Shown piece by piece: positions 26,213 through 36,969 of a DNA stretch of 64,000 nt. The stretch is from positions 34,692 through 98,691 of the forward strand of contig DAXK01000025.1 in assembly GCA_002506365.1 (NCBI GenBank), written 5' to 3'. The notes under the pieces are model-generated. The model did not search any database, was not told where the DNA came from, and worked only from the letters and a program-made list of their open reading frames with translations. Each line of letters begins with the position of its first letter. Within the stretch, counting starts at the first letter, position 1. Origin of the DNA: an archaeon UBA583. GTDB taxonomy: Archaea > Nanobdellota > Nanobdellia > Woesearchaeales > UBA583. Made by a program: the position numbers and the translations under genes.

Positions 26213-28123
26213 TTACATATTTTTCTTTAATAATGATGAAATTAATTTTCCATCAACTGCTCCAGCAAACTCCTTCATACACATTCCCATAACTGCACCA
26301 AATGGAGCTCCATTTGCTTTTAAAATAATCTCTTTAATTTTCTCTTCAACAGCTACTTCATCAACTGGCTCAGAAATTAAATTATTTTTTTCCAAATAAT
26401 CTTGTAAATTAGAAACCTCATTTAATCTGTCCTTATACAAAGATACAAAAATATCTCTAATTGAATTTTGATTAAAATTATTTTCCTTAATTGACTTTGC
26501 TAAATCTAACATTAAAGAATACTTAAAATCAACTGGTTCAATTTTATCTCTTTTTTTAATATCTTTAGCAAGGTCAAAAATAATTGAATACAATGCAGTC
26601 CCAGTTTTTGAAGATTCACTAATTAAAGAACTAACTTGCTCTTCAGAATACTTATCTAAAAAATCAACAACCTTTGAATTATCAACCCCAAAAGATTTAG
26701 ATAATCTATCAAGTTTTGTTGAATACAATTCAGGAATTGAAATTTCATCAACTAACTCAGAATCAAACTCAATTGTTTGAACATCAGTTTCTGGATACAT
26801 ACGAGCAGAACCAGGCATAGGTCTTGAAAATTTAGTAACTGTTCCCTTAGGATCAACTTGTCTAACTTCTTCTTCAACTGAACTAATTAATTGATTAATA
26901 ATATCTAACACATTATTTAATGATTTCTCAGCAATATTTTTCTCATTACAAATTAAAATAAATCCATCTTTTTCAGTAGTTCCAATTGAAGTTTTTACAC
27001 TCTCAACTTCCTCTGGAGTTATCCCATATTTAGGTAACTCATCTGAATGAAATAACCCCTTAATCATTGGAAAATGTTTTTTATTTCTATCTGAAACTTC
27101 ACTAGCAAATCTATGATTTTCTTGTAATTCATGACCTAAAATTCCTGTAAAATTATCTAACTTAATTGCTAAAACACTTGAATTTTTAATTTCTAAATTT
27201 GTTTTAACAACAGCAGATTCAGTATCTTTAAAAATTGAAGTCACATCAAAAATTTCTGAAGTTACTTTTTGAACTCCTCTAGATTTTAATTCATCAATAA
27301 TAGATAAATGAATTTTTTGTCTTCTCATCTCATCCTTTAAAATTTCAGGAATTAATTTTAAATTTTGAGTTCCCTTAATCTCAACTCTAGCTCCACCAAT
27401 AATTGAAACATTTAAATCTTGTCTAATTGTTCCAAGTCCACGTCTTGTTTGTTTAAAACTTCTTAAAATATCTCCAATAACAGTAGCTGCTTCTAAAGCT
27501 TGTTCCGGTGAATAAATTTGAGGTCCAGTTGTAACCTCAATTAAAGGAATTCCTTGTCTATCTAAACTATAAACATTATGTGAATCAAATCTTTCAATAG
27601 CCCGACAAGAATCCTCTTCTAAATTAATTCCTAAAATTTCAATTTTACCTTGTGAAGTTTCAAAATATCCACCTTGACCAACCATAGCAGTTCTTTGAAA
27701 ACCAGTTGTCACAGACCCATCAATAATTAACTTCCTCATAAATTGAACTTTATCAAAAAACTTTAAATTAAACATCTTACTAACTCCAATCACAGCATCA
27801 AGAGCAGGTTTACTAGGTCCTTTTGGAGGTTCCTCATCTAAATCCACTAAACACGCAATTTCATCATTAAAAATATACTCATTAAATTTTCCTTTCTTAA
27901 ATTCAGCTAAAGCAGCAACATCAATAGTTCCACTCTCCCCAGTTGAAAATCTTAATCTTCTTGAAATTTTTTTATCAAAAGAATCATTAGGCATAACATT
28001 ACAAGGACAGCAGCAAAATAGTTTTCCACTATTTAATTGTTGATGAATTTCTAAACCACAAAGCAGTCCCATTGCCTTATAATCTAACTCTTTTAAATCA
28101 TCTCTAAAAATTAATTTACTCAT
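26213..28123 (-). CDS. gatE: Glutamyl-tRNA(Gln) amidotransferase subunit E
   Basis: GLLCGLEIHQQLNSGKLFCCCPC, DEEPP, IDGSVTTGFQRT, LDRQGIPLIEVTT and RRGLGTIRQDLNVSI. At 636 aa it has the inserted domain and a YqeY-like tail, as in archaeal GatE. Confidence 0.85.
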   Translation of the reverse strand: MSKLIFRDDLKELDYKAMGLLCGLEIHQQLNSGKLFCCCPCNVMPNDSFDKKISRRLRFSTGESGTIDVAALAEFKKGKFNEYIFNDEIACLVDLDEEPPKGPSKPALDAVIGVSKMFNLKFFDKVQFMRKLIIDGSVTTGFQRTAMVGQGGYFETSQGKIEILGINLEEDSCRAIERFDSHNVYSLDRQGIPLIEVTTGPQIYSPEQALEAATVIGDILRSFKQTRRGLGTIRQDLNVSIIGGARVEIKGTQNLKLIPEILKDEMRRQKIHLSIIDELKSRGVQKVTSEIFDVTSIFKDTESAVVKTNLEIKNSSVLAIKLDNFTGILGHELQENHRFASEVSDRNKKHFPMIKGLFHSDELPKYGITPEEVESVKTSIGTTEKDGFILICNEKNIAEKSLNNVLDIINQLISSVEEEVRQVDPKGTVTKFSRPMPGSARMYPETDVQTIEFDSELVDEISIPELYSTKLDRLSKSFGVDNSKVVDFLDKYSEEQVSSLISESSKTGTALYSIIFDLAKDIKKRDKIEPVDFKYSLMLDLAKSIKENNFNQNSIRDIFVSLYKDRLNEVSNLQDYLEKNNLISEPVDEVAVEEKIKEIILKANGAPFGAVMGMCMKEFAGAVDGKLISSLLKKNM

Positions 28124-28157
28124 AAAATATCAAAGCCCATCATATTTATATAGTTTA

Positions 28158-29324
28158 TTACTTTGTAAACTTACTTCGTATATAACTAATCAAATCAGAA
28201 CCAGAAATATTAACACTTGAAGGTCCAACTCGAATATAAAATTCTTCTTTTTTCTCCCACAATAAAAATATCTCTTTTCTAAAACTTTCAACTTCAACTT
28301 TTAAAATATATTTATCCTCAAACCAAATTACATCAATCACAATATTTGAACTAACATTAGCACCAATTTGTTGTTTAATCATATTAACTAATTGTAATTT
28401 ACACTTATCATCAGATTTAAAATTATCTGGACCCAATCCTGAAATTTCCCCTAAATCTGAAACTCCAATAAATAAAACTCCTCCTTTTGAATTTAAAAAA
28501 GCACAAATTGTTTTCAAAACTGAATGTTCCATTCGTTTATCTAATTTATTTGTATGTAAATTTGTCCGTAAACTTTCCTTAAATTCAACTAAATCTGATT
28601 CACCCTTATCAATTAAATCTAAAATTAAATCTCTCGTTAAATTTAATTTTGAACTTTTAATTCCAAAAAATTTTCTAAAATAATAAATCACTTTATGTTT
28701 ATCATCCCCAACTAAATATAAATAAACAAAAATACTAACTAAAAACGATCCAAAAAAATGAACAGAAATAAATCCCAAACTAGCTGACAAATTATAAAAT
28801 AAAAAAGATAAACCAAACATATAATTCATTAAATACCTAAAAACTTCTATAAATGTTACAAAGGAAACTGAAAAAGAAAACAAAAAAAAAACTAAAAATC
28901 CAGGATTAATATTAGATATTTTTTTTTTATCCGATAAAAACCAATAAAATACAAAAAAACCTAAAATTGAAATTATAAAACTAAAAAATAAATTCTTTAA
29001 AACTCTAAAAATAAATTCCTGATGTAAATATCCAAAATCTAAAAAACCAAAAGTTCTAAAAAAAATTAAACCATAAATAAATACAACTAAAAAATACTCA
29101 AAAGCAGATAACTTTTGAAACTTACTAATAAACTTAAAAAAATAAGGAAAATAAAAAATAAAAAAAGTTAAAATAACAAAACTCAATATTATCCAATACT
29201 TTTCATATATTGAAATAATTCCTGCAAAAAATAAAAATAAGTTGAAATAAAGAAAATATAGCTTATCAAAATTAAGTTTACTCATAAATAAACTAATATA
29301 TACATATATAAAAAGATAAATCAC
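28158..29324 (-). CDS. Polytopic membrane domain fused to a C-terminal AlbA_2 (Schlafen-like, putative nucleic-acid-binding) domain
   Basis: About 220 aa of F/L/I-rich TM segments, then GESDLVEFKESL...VLKTICAFLNSKGGVLFIGVSDLGEISGL, which matches the AlbA_2 core (ExxxLEFK...AFxNxxGGxLxIGVxDxGxIxG). Confidence 0.65.
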   Translation of the reverse strand: MIYLFIYVYISLFMSKLNFDKLYFLYFNLFLFFAGIISIYEKYWIILSFVILTFFIFYFPYFFKFISKFQKLSAFEYFLVVFIYGLIFFRTFGFLDFGYLHQEFIFRVLKNLFFSFIISILGFFVFYWFLSDKKKISNINPGFLVFFLFSFSVSFVTFIEVFRYLMNYMFGLSFLFYNLSASLGFISVHFFGSFLVSIFVYLYLVGDDKHKVIYYFRKFFGIKSSKLNLTRDLILDLIDKGESDLVEFKESLRTNLHTNKLDKRMEHSVLKTICAFLNSKGGVLFIGVSDLGEISGLGPDNFKSDDKCKLQLVNMIKQQIGANVSSNIVIDVIWFEDKYILKVEVESFRKEIFLLWEKKEEFYIRVGPSSVNISGSDLISYIRSKFTK

Positions 29325-29438
29325 TTTAAAATAAAATAAAGTGTAGTTTAAATTTGAAACTTAAATAAAAATAAAACACAAAATCAAATTTTAAAGATAA
29401 AGTAAAATTATATTATAAAAAATAAGAAAATAAAAAAA

Positions 29439-30731
29439 TTACCAAGTAATTTTTTCTTTAGAAAAATAAAATGATACTGCTCCAAAAACACAAAACATTC
29501 CAGTTAAAATTAAACCGTATTTATATGAAAAATAATCATTAAATAATGATCCAAATAAAATTCCAATAAATAAAGCTAAACTCCACACAATCTCAGCCAC
29601 AGCAGTAACTCTCCCCATAAACTCCTTTTCAGTATTTAATTGAATTAAATATGAATACCTAATATACTGTAATCCCGCTACAACTCCAGTTAATACAACA
29701 ATAAAGAAAAATAAAACATAAAATTTTTCAATAGGTAAAACAAAACTTAAAATAGCTGCTAAAAACATTAAAAACGCCCCAAATAAAAAAACCCAAACAG
29801 ATAAAACTGATTCCTTAAATTTATGTAATAAACTTTTAATCGCTGGAGTAAACATTGCCCCAATAGCCACAAACAAAAAAATAAAAGTTGAATGACTCCC
29901 AACTAACATTGTATCCGTATTAAACCCTAAATCAAACAAAATCGGTTTAACATTTTCAAAAACTCTAATAGAATAATCGATAATAGTTGATGCAAATAAA
30001 GAAACTACAAAAAAATGGAAAAATATTAAATTTGAAATAATAAATTTAACATTAACATTTGAATTTAAATACATTAATCCTTCCTTAAGTTCAGTTTTAT
30101 GTCTCTTTATCCCATTTTTAAAACTCTCAACATTAGGTAACTTTTTACTCAAAACTTTATTTTCATCATTATATTTAATAAATAATAATAAAATTAAAGA
30201 TACAATATAAGTTAAAGAATCAAGCAAAAGAGCATTTTTAACACCTATCGCAGACAATAAAAAAGCTCCAACACCCAAACCAATAAACATTGCCAAAATT
30301 TCCATAAACGCAAAAAGTTTATTGAAAAAAACTAAATTTTCCTTTTTAACTAAAAACGGAATAATAGATTTTTTGGCAGGTTCAAACATTGAAGTAAAAA
30401 ACCCAATTAAAAAAACACAAAGATATAATATCCATAACGAATTATGAAAAAAATATAATAATAATAAAACTGATGCTCTCCCAATATCAGCAAAAATTAA
30501 AATTTTTCTCTTCTCAACTAAATCAGCCATTAAACCAAATAAATACCCAAAAATTAAAAATGGAAATATTTGAAAAGCAATAATAAATGAAGATTGTGAT
30601 GATGAATTAACATCCATAACAATCATTGCCGCAATTGTTAAAAAAACTGAAGTAGAAATTCTATCCCCTAAAATTGAAATAAATTGTCCAATCATTAATA
30701 AACTAAAATTCCTTTTAGTATTGTAAGCCAT
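29439..30731 (-). CDS. Major facilitator superfamily transporter
   Basis: About 12 hydrophobic segments. LMIGQFISILGDR and ADLVEKRKILIFADIGRA loop motifs typical of the MFS. Confidence 0.75.
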   Translation of the reverse strand: MAYNTKRNFSLLMIGQFISILGDRISTSVFLTIAAMIVMDVNSSSQSSFIIAFQIFPFLIFGYLFGLMADLVEKRKILIFADIGRASVLLLLYFFHNSLWILYLCVFLIGFFTSMFEPAKKSIIPFLVKKENLVFFNKLFAFMEILAMFIGLGVGAFLLSAIGVKNALLLDSLTYIVSLILLLFIKYNDENKVLSKKLPNVESFKNGIKRHKTELKEGLMYLNSNVNVKFIISNLIFFHFFVVSLFASTIIDYSIRVFENVKPILFDLGFNTDTMLVGSHSTFIFLFVAIGAMFTPAIKSLLHKFKESVLSVWVFLFGAFLMFLAAILSFVLPIEKFYVLFFFIVVLTGVVAGLQYIRYSYLIQLNTEKEFMGRVTAVAEIVWSLALFIGILFGSLFNDYFSYKYGLILTGMFCVFGAVSFYFSKEKITW

Positions 30732-30835
30732 AATAAAATAAAATAAACTATTATTTAAAAAATCTACTCATAAAAATTTAATTAATTAATGAAAATCTAG
30801 AAATAATAATATAAAAAAATAATTGTTAAAAACAA

Positions 30836-31027
30836 TTATTTATAACGTCCAACAATGTCAATAGATTCAACATGTGACATCACAGCCCCTCTACAACAGA
30901 ATCTCTCTAACCCAATTGCATCTAAAGCTTCCTTAACACTCTTACCTTCTTCAATTAATTTATTATACTCATCCCAGTGAACAGAAATTGGTGTTCCACA
31001 GGAGATACATCTTACAGGAATAATCAT
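30836..31027 (-). CDS. rpoN: DNA-directed RNA polymerase subunit N (Rpo10/RpoN)
   Basis: MIIPVRCISCGTPI...RFCCR zinc-binding pattern, 63 aa. Confidence 0.95.
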   Translation of the reverse strand: MIIPVRCISCGTPISVHWDEYNKLIEEGKSVKEALDAIGLERFCCRGAVMSHVESIDIVGRYK

Positions 31028-31166
31028 AGTAAAAATAAATCAAAAAAGATTTATAAGGTTATCCCAAAACTCCAAAGAAAACTACTATAAATAATGCCAA
31101 AAATAAATTAAAAAAACATAAATCAACTAATAAAAAAATAAAAAATAAAAAAAATGTGAAAAAGAA

Positions 31167-34100
31167 TTATAATTGACTAATAATCATTCTAACATAAAAA
31201 CTTGGATGTCCTTTTTGTAATAAAGTATTCAAAATATCATCATCTGAAATACCTCTACTCTTTAAAGACTTAATTAAATGAACTAAATTTTGTTCATAAT
31301 CAGCCATATTAGATACTAAACTTGTAGAATCAATCTTTGGAGCAGGTAAAACATCTTGCTTAACTCTTAAATCATTTAAATCATCTCTAACAAAAGTAAT
31401 TTCTTTCTCTAAACTATTTTTCATTAAATCAAAATCACGAACTCTCTTAACAACTTCTGATCCCGCAAAATTAATTCTATTAATATGTGTATCAACTAAA
31501 TTTACCTTATCAGTCATTAATTCTTTAACTTCCTTCATTAAATCCTCAACTTCATCAACAACAATACCTTTAAAATTTGTAAACTCTTCATTAATATCAA
31601 GCATCTTTCTATTCATAGATTGCTCTAAATTAACAATTTTATCATCAGTTAACTCTCTTAACTCAGCTTCAAGTTTTTGGAAATCATCCATCAGCTCATT
31701 TTCACGATTTGATAAAGCATCAACCTTAGATTTATTTTCTTCCTCAATTTGTAAAATTCTTGAATTAAAAGAAGACTCTAAAAACATTAATCTTTCTTCA
31801 ACTTTAGTATTTAACTCATTCTTTAAAGCTAAATTATCTTCAACTAACTCCCTTTCTCTTTGAGAAATTGACTTAATTCTCTCATTTGCTTCATCCTCAA
31901 TTGCAATAATTCTTGAATTAAAAGAAGACTCTAAATTCATAACTCTCTCCTCAATCCTCTCATTTACATTTTGACTTAAATCACTTAAATCCTCAACAAA
32001 TTCTCTTTCCCTTTGAGAAATAAATAATAATCTTTGTTCAGAATCAGTCTCAAACTTAGAAACTTTCCCAGTAAATGTTTTTTCTAAATCATCAAACTTT
32101 TTATCAATAATTCCACCAAATTCTTCATTAATATTTGTAAAACTCTCAACAAATTCCTCCTCTCTTTTTTCAAGAGTTAAAACTCCACTCTCAATTTTTT
32201 TCTCAATTCTCTTTTCAAAAGAAATAACACTTTGAGTTAAATCATCTTCCCTAGACTCAACCATCTCAACTTTCTTCTCAACAGTTTGAACTTTACTATT
32301 AATTGAATCTTCAACAATCTTTAACATATCTAAACTTTGTTCAACTCTATCCTCAACAAACTTTAAATTTTTATCAACAAACTTTTTCTCAATTGCTTCT
32401 AATTTTTCCTTTTGAAAATTAAATAAATTATTTACTTTCTCATTAAAAGTATCTCTAAATCTATCCTCATTAGCTTGAGACTTCTCTTTTTCTAACATAA
32501 TAACTTCAGAAATTGAATCTCGTATAGAATTACCAAAAGTTTCAATATCTAACTTTCTAGCTTTTGTAGTCTCCTCTAACTCCCCAACAAAAACATCTTT
32601 CTCAACTTCTAAATTTCTCTCCTCAGTCTTAATTTTATTTAATTGTTCATCTAAACTCTCAACATACTCTTTTGTATGATTAGCAATTTCAGCCTTAAAC
32701 TTCCCAAGTTCAGAAATCGCAACATTTTTTTCATCCTCTAAAGTTAATAACTTTTTCAAAAACTCTTCTTCCTTTAATTTTAATTCATGTTCAAATTTTT
32801 CTAAACTTAAATTAAATTCTTCCTCACTTTTTTTAATTGAAAAAATTACTTTATCTTCAACATCAGCTTTCAAATCAGACCTAAAATCATTAGTCTCAGC
32901 TTTAATCTTAGTTAATTGATCAGAACAAACAGTAACTTGTTTTGCTAAAACTTCTTCAACTTCAACTCTTAAACTATCAAAAACCTCACCAGATTTTTCC
33001 ATATCTCTAGCAATTTCTCTCTTAGAACTTGAAAGTAACTCAACAATCTCAGAATGAATCTCAGTTCTCTCATTTTGAAGTAATTCTCTCTCATGATTAA
33101 TAGCTTCAACCTTTCCAGATAAAGATTCTTCTTGAATTTTTAACCTTTGTTCAAAATTTTCAATATGAACTTCAAATTGTCTATCAAACTCCTCAACTTG
33201 TTCTTTTAATTTTGCAGATACAACATTTGCTAAAGAAGTTTCAATATCCTTATTCTCAATTTCAAACTTTTGAAAAATTGAATCAATTCTTAATTGAGTT
33301 GTTTGAATAGACTCTGAAAATCTTTCCTCAAAACTTTCCTTTTCCTTCTCTAAACTTTCTCTCTCAAAATTCACTAAATTTAAACTCTTCTCAAACTTTT
33401 CCTCAACTTTAGCTACTTTCTTTTCAAACTTTAAAAAATTAGAATCATACTTTTTATTAAATTTCTCAATTTGAACATTTAATTTTTTAGTAACAGTCTC
33501 AAACAATCCAGCTTTTACATCCTTATTTGATTCCTTAACTGACAAAATAGCTTCCTTAACTTGATTTTTAGACTCAATAAATAATTTTGAAAATTTCTCA
33601 TTAAAATTATTTCTCTCATTTGCTAACCCTTCCCTATCTAAAGATAATTTTTTAATTTCTGAATCTAACATTAAATCTCGCGCATCCAATTCTTTCTCAA
33701 AACTATTTAACTCATCACTTAAAGTTTTCTTAAATTCATCAACTTGTGATAATAATCTTCCTTCAACTTCATGTTTTAAAATATCAAACTTTTGATTATT
33801 ACTATCCTCAATCCTACTTAAAGTATCATTATTAATTTTAACTTGATTATCTAACTCAAACTCTACATTACTTTTCGTATCAGACACTAAAGAACTAAAC
33901 TTATCCTCTAAACTAACTGCGATATTTTCTAAATCTTTTCTATCCTTAGTTAACTGTTTAATTTCAGAACTAAACTTTAAATCTCTTGCATCTAATTCTT
34001 TTGTAAAATTAATTAATTCTGTATCTAAACTTTTTTTAAAATCATTAATTTGAGTAAACAACTTTTCCTCAACACTATCTTTTAAATCTTTTAACTTTTC

Positions 34101-35261
34101 CTTTGAATCTAATTCAACTCTCGCTAAAGTTTCATTATTAACCTTAATTTGATTATCTAAATCAAATTTAATTTGTGCTTCCGCCTTAAAGATTTTATCT
34201 TTAATATCCTTATTAAAAATTTTCTTTTCTTTTTCTAAATCAAGTTTTTTCAAAAGTTCATCCATTTCAGCTTTAAAAGCTGTGATTTTATTTTCTAAAA
34301 CTGAAACATCCATCCCAATTTGAATCTTAACTTTTTGCATAAAATCTTTCTCTTTTAAAGTTAAATCAGATTCCCTATTTGACAAAACTTTCAATTCCTT
34401 ATCTAAAGACTCAATATAATTTTTAACATGATTTGACAAATCAGCCTTAAAAACTTTTAATTCAGATTCTAAATCATTTTCCTTTTTACTAAAATCTTGA
34501 TGATTAGCTTGTAATTCAATTTCAATTCTATGTAATAATTCCTGTCTAATTTTTTTCTCAACTTGCTCAAATTGATTATCAACATTTAACTCAAAATTAC
34601 CAAATACTTTTTTTTGATTCTCAGTAAATTCATCTTCAAATAAATTCACCTTATCAACAACTTCATTAACCTTACCTACAATAAATTGTGCTTGCCTTCT
34701 TTCCTCCTCACGAATTTCAACACTATTTTTTTCCTCAAACTTTTCATTACTCTTAATTAAATCATTAATTGATTTTTTCATATCAGAAATTTCTAAATCT
34801 GTTTTTTTATGTAAAGCAATTGTAGACTCAATAGCTTTTGATAATTTAGAAGAAATTAAACCCTCAATACTAATTTGTAAATCCTCTGAAACATTTTTCT
34901 TAAAAGTTTCAAATTGTTTTTGTAAATTAGAATTAGTCTTTAATCCATCTAATAATTTATCCTCAAAACTCTCCAAAATATTTGTAAACTTTTTATGTGA
35001 TTTTTTATGTTTAAAATCAAACTCACCTTTTAATTTATCAAACTCATCCTCTAAAATTAAATTAAATTCTTTACTAACTTCCTTTTTAATTTTAGGCATA
35101 CTTAATTTTTTTAAAATCGGATTAACTTCATCTAAAATTTCAGATTTCAAATTAGTCAAAATATCTTCATTTTTAATAGTTGTAGATTTTTTAGAAATTG
35201 TTTTTTTAGCTGTTTTAGTTCCAGCTGTTTTCTTAACGATACTCATAACATTTTTTAGCAT
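31167..35261 (-). CDS. Giant 1364-aa cytoplasmic coiled-coil protein with modular internal repeats
   Basis: E/K/L-rich heptad-like sequence throughout, with no signal peptide or TM helix. Repeated modules, e.g. FTKELDARDLKFSSEIKQLTKDRKDL versus FEKELDARDLMLDSEIKKLSLDREGL, and LESSFNSRIIAIEDE versus LESSFNSRILQIEEE. Short globular tail GISDDDILNTLLQKGHP. Confidence 0.8.
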   Translation of the reverse strand: MLKNVMSIVKKTAGTKTAKKTISKKSTTIKNEDILTNLKSEILDEVNPILKKLSMPKIKKEVSKEFNLILEDEFDKLKGEFDFKHKKSHKKFTNILESFEDKLLDGLKTNSNLQKQFETFKKNVSEDLQISIEGLISSKLSKAIESTIALHKKTDLEISDMKKSINDLIKSNEKFEEKNSVEIREEERRQAQFIVGKVNEVVDKVNLFEDEFTENQKKVFGNFELNVDNQFEQVEKKIRQELLHRIEIELQANHQDFSKKENDLESELKVFKADLSNHVKNYIESLDKELKVLSNRESDLTLKEKDFMQKVKIQIGMDVSVLENKITAFKAEMDELLKKLDLEKEKKIFNKDIKDKIFKAEAQIKFDLDNQIKVNNETLARVELDSKEKLKDLKDSVEEKLFTQINDFKKSLDTELINFTKELDARDLKFSSEIKQLTKDRKDLENIAVSLEDKFSSLVSDTKSNVEFELDNQVKINNDTLSRIEDSNNQKFDILKHEVEGRLLSQVDEFKKTLSDELNSFEKELDARDLMLDSEIKKLSLDREGLANERNNFNEKFSKLFIESKNQVKEAILSVKESNKDVKAGLFETVTKKLNVQIEKFNKKYDSNFLKFEKKVAKVEEKFEKSLNLVNFERESLEKEKESFEERFSESIQTTQLRIDSIFQKFEIENKDIETSLANVVSAKLKEQVEEFDRQFEVHIENFEQRLKIQEESLSGKVEAINHERELLQNERTEIHSEIVELLSSSKREIARDMEKSGEVFDSLRVEVEEVLAKQVTVCSDQLTKIKAETNDFRSDLKADVEDKVIFSIKKSEEEFNLSLEKFEHELKLKEEEFLKKLLTLEDEKNVAISELGKFKAEIANHTKEYVESLDEQLNKIKTEERNLEVEKDVFVGELEETTKARKLDIETFGNSIRDSISEVIMLEKEKSQANEDRFRDTFNEKVNNLFNFQKEKLEAIEKKFVDKNLKFVEDRVEQSLDMLKIVEDSINSKVQTVEKKVEMVESREDDLTQSVISFEKRIEKKIESGVLTLEKREEEFVESFTNINEEFGGIIDKKFDDLEKTFTGKVSKFETDSEQRLLFISQREREFVEDLSDLSQNVNERIEERVMNLESSFNSRIIAIEDEANERIKSISQRERELVEDNLALKNELNTKVEERLMFLESSFNSRILQIEEENKSKVDALSNRENELMDDFQKLEAELRELTDDKIVNLEQSMNRKMLDINEEFTNFKGIVVDEVEDLMKEVKELMTDKVNLVDTHINRINFAGSEVVKRVRDFDLMKNSLEKEITFVRDDLNDLRVKQDVLPAPKIDSTSLVSNMADYEQNLVHLIKSLKSRGISDDDILNTLLQKGHPSFYVRMIISQL

Positions 35262-35513
35262 ATAAAGATTATATATCTTATTCTTAATTCAAAAATAGTT
35301 AAATCACATATCAAATAACACATAAATAAAAATTAAAAAAATAACTCCTAAAAAAAGTTAAATTAAACTCAAAAACAAATAAATTAAAACTAAAAAAATA
35401 TATTTCAAAATTTTCAAAATAACTAAAAACTTGGAAACATTTTTAAACAATACAAGTTTATTTTATAATTAGACGGATTGGCAATTAAGTAGAACTTATT
35501 TTGACAACATATT

Positions 35514-35596
35514 GTAGGGGTCGCCCAGTCCGGTCAAAGGCGCTGGATTTAGGCTCCAGTCTGTAAAGTTCGTGGGTTCAAATCCCATCCCTTACA
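35514..35596 (+). tRNA. tRNA-Leu (anticodon TAG), long variable arm
   Basis: Acceptor GTAGGGG/CCCTTAC. Anticodon stem CTGGA/TCCAG with loop TTTAGGC. Long variable arm. T-arm GTGGG-TTCAAAT-CCCAT. Confidence 0.85.
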
Positions 35597-35606
35597 CTCT
35601 TTTTTA
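35597..35606 (+). terminator. Oligo-T tract directly after tRNA-Leu
   Basis: CTCTTTTTTA. A T6 run is the usual archaeal termination signal. Confidence 0.4.
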
Positions 35607-35746
35607 AGTATTAAAAATTTATTGAGAATTTTACTATATAAAATAATTTGAGGAGATATAATATAATCAATAGATCCAGTTTAATAATTAGTTCAAATAT
35701 TATTTTAAAATTAAAGAAAAATTAGTTATAATTTTACTATATAAAA

Positions 35747-36937
35747 TTAACCTAAAAAATTAAGATTTAATTTGGCTCCTTTTGATTTGCCAGAATTATG
35801 TATTTCAGCTTTAGCTCTAAATGAATCCATATGTTTATTTAAAGCAGCATTTGCAATCTTATCTGGAATATATTCAGCAAACCAAAAAGGATTTGAATCT
35901 TCATTTCTATCAAGTTGATAATTTTTATTAGATTTTATTAAAGGTAAATATACATTTTCTCTAAAAAATTTAATTTCTTCACATGCTTGTAATTCCTGGG
36001 CATTTTGCATATTATTTTTATATTTAAAAGGTTCAAATTTAATTAAATCAACTAAGTAAAGATTCATTAAAATATTTATAGTCCAAATAATTAATTTAAA
36101 ATTTTTTGATTTTGGATTAATATCATATATAATTAACTTTAAAGTATTTAATGACTCACGATTGTTATTATTATATTTATCAGTTCCTTTTTTATCAACT
36201 ATTTTAAATTTTTGTTCCCCTATTTTCTCCCCATAAATCGCATAAAATAATGTTTTTAAAAAAGGTTCAGAATATCTATAGTTTGAATTTTCCAAATTAT
36301 CAATATATCTTTCAATAGCTTTTTTAAATTCATACATTGCAGAGTTTTTAGATTTAATATATTTATTAAAATCCACATAAGAATTATACTCAACTAATGG
36401 ATTATTAACACTACTTGAATTACTCCCATCAGTAAATCTTGGTTTTTTTCTAATTAGATTTACTTTATTCCAAATACTTGGATCTACTGGTTTAACACTA
36501 CTTCCAGACTTACCTGGCCTTCGCATAAAAAATGGAAATAATGTCCAAAATGCAGGGTCATAAGTTTTAGTTTCATCAGTAATCATCCACACATTATCGT
36601 TTGAATCATAATATTCTGTATCATGAACACTTTCACCAAAAAGAACATATTCTCCAAATTTTTTTTCATAATCACCAATATTTCCATTAATAATCATTTC
36701 ATAAAATTTTCTTAAACCCAAACTATCTATATCATTAATCCATTTAGGCATTGATTGTTTTTTTCTTTGTTTTGTTTTCAAACCAGCATTAGCAGTTCCA
36801 GGTAAAATTGTAGCTGCAGCAATTCCTGCAACCCCCATAGCCCCTTTTTTTAAAAAATCACGTCGACTAGAATTAATATTTTCATCTGGAATATCATGTC
36901 CCATATTTTGTAAAGCAGATTTTATTTTTTCAAACAT
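35747..36937 (-). CDS. Twin-arginine (Tat) signal-bearing secreted protein, function unknown
   Basis: SRRDFLKKGAMGVAGIAAATILPGTANAG is a textbook Tat signal. I recognised no family in the mature part. A TATA box lies about 26 nt upstream of the ATG, so the transcript looks leaderless. Confidence 0.7.
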   Translation of the reverse strand: MFEKIKSALQNMGHDIPDENINSSRRDFLKKGAMGVAGIAAATILPGTANAGLKTKQRKKQSMPKWINDIDSLGLRKFYEMIINGNIGDYEKKFGEYVLFGESVHDTEYYDSNDNVWMITDETKTYDPAFWTLFPFFMRRPGKSGSSVKPVDPSIWNKVNLIRKKPRFTDGSNSSSVNNPLVEYNSYVDFNKYIKSKNSAMYEFKKAIERYIDNLENSNYRYSEPFLKTLFYAIYGEKIGEQKFKIVDKKGTDKYNNNNRESLNTLKLIIYDINPKSKNFKLIIWTINILMNLYLVDLIKFEPFKYKNNMQNAQELQACEEIKFFRENVYLPLIKSNKNYQLDRNEDSNPFWFAEYIPDKIANAALNKHMDSFRAKAEIHNSGKSKGAKLNLNFLG

Positions 36938-36969
36938 AAATCAAAACTTAAAAAATTAATATATAAATG

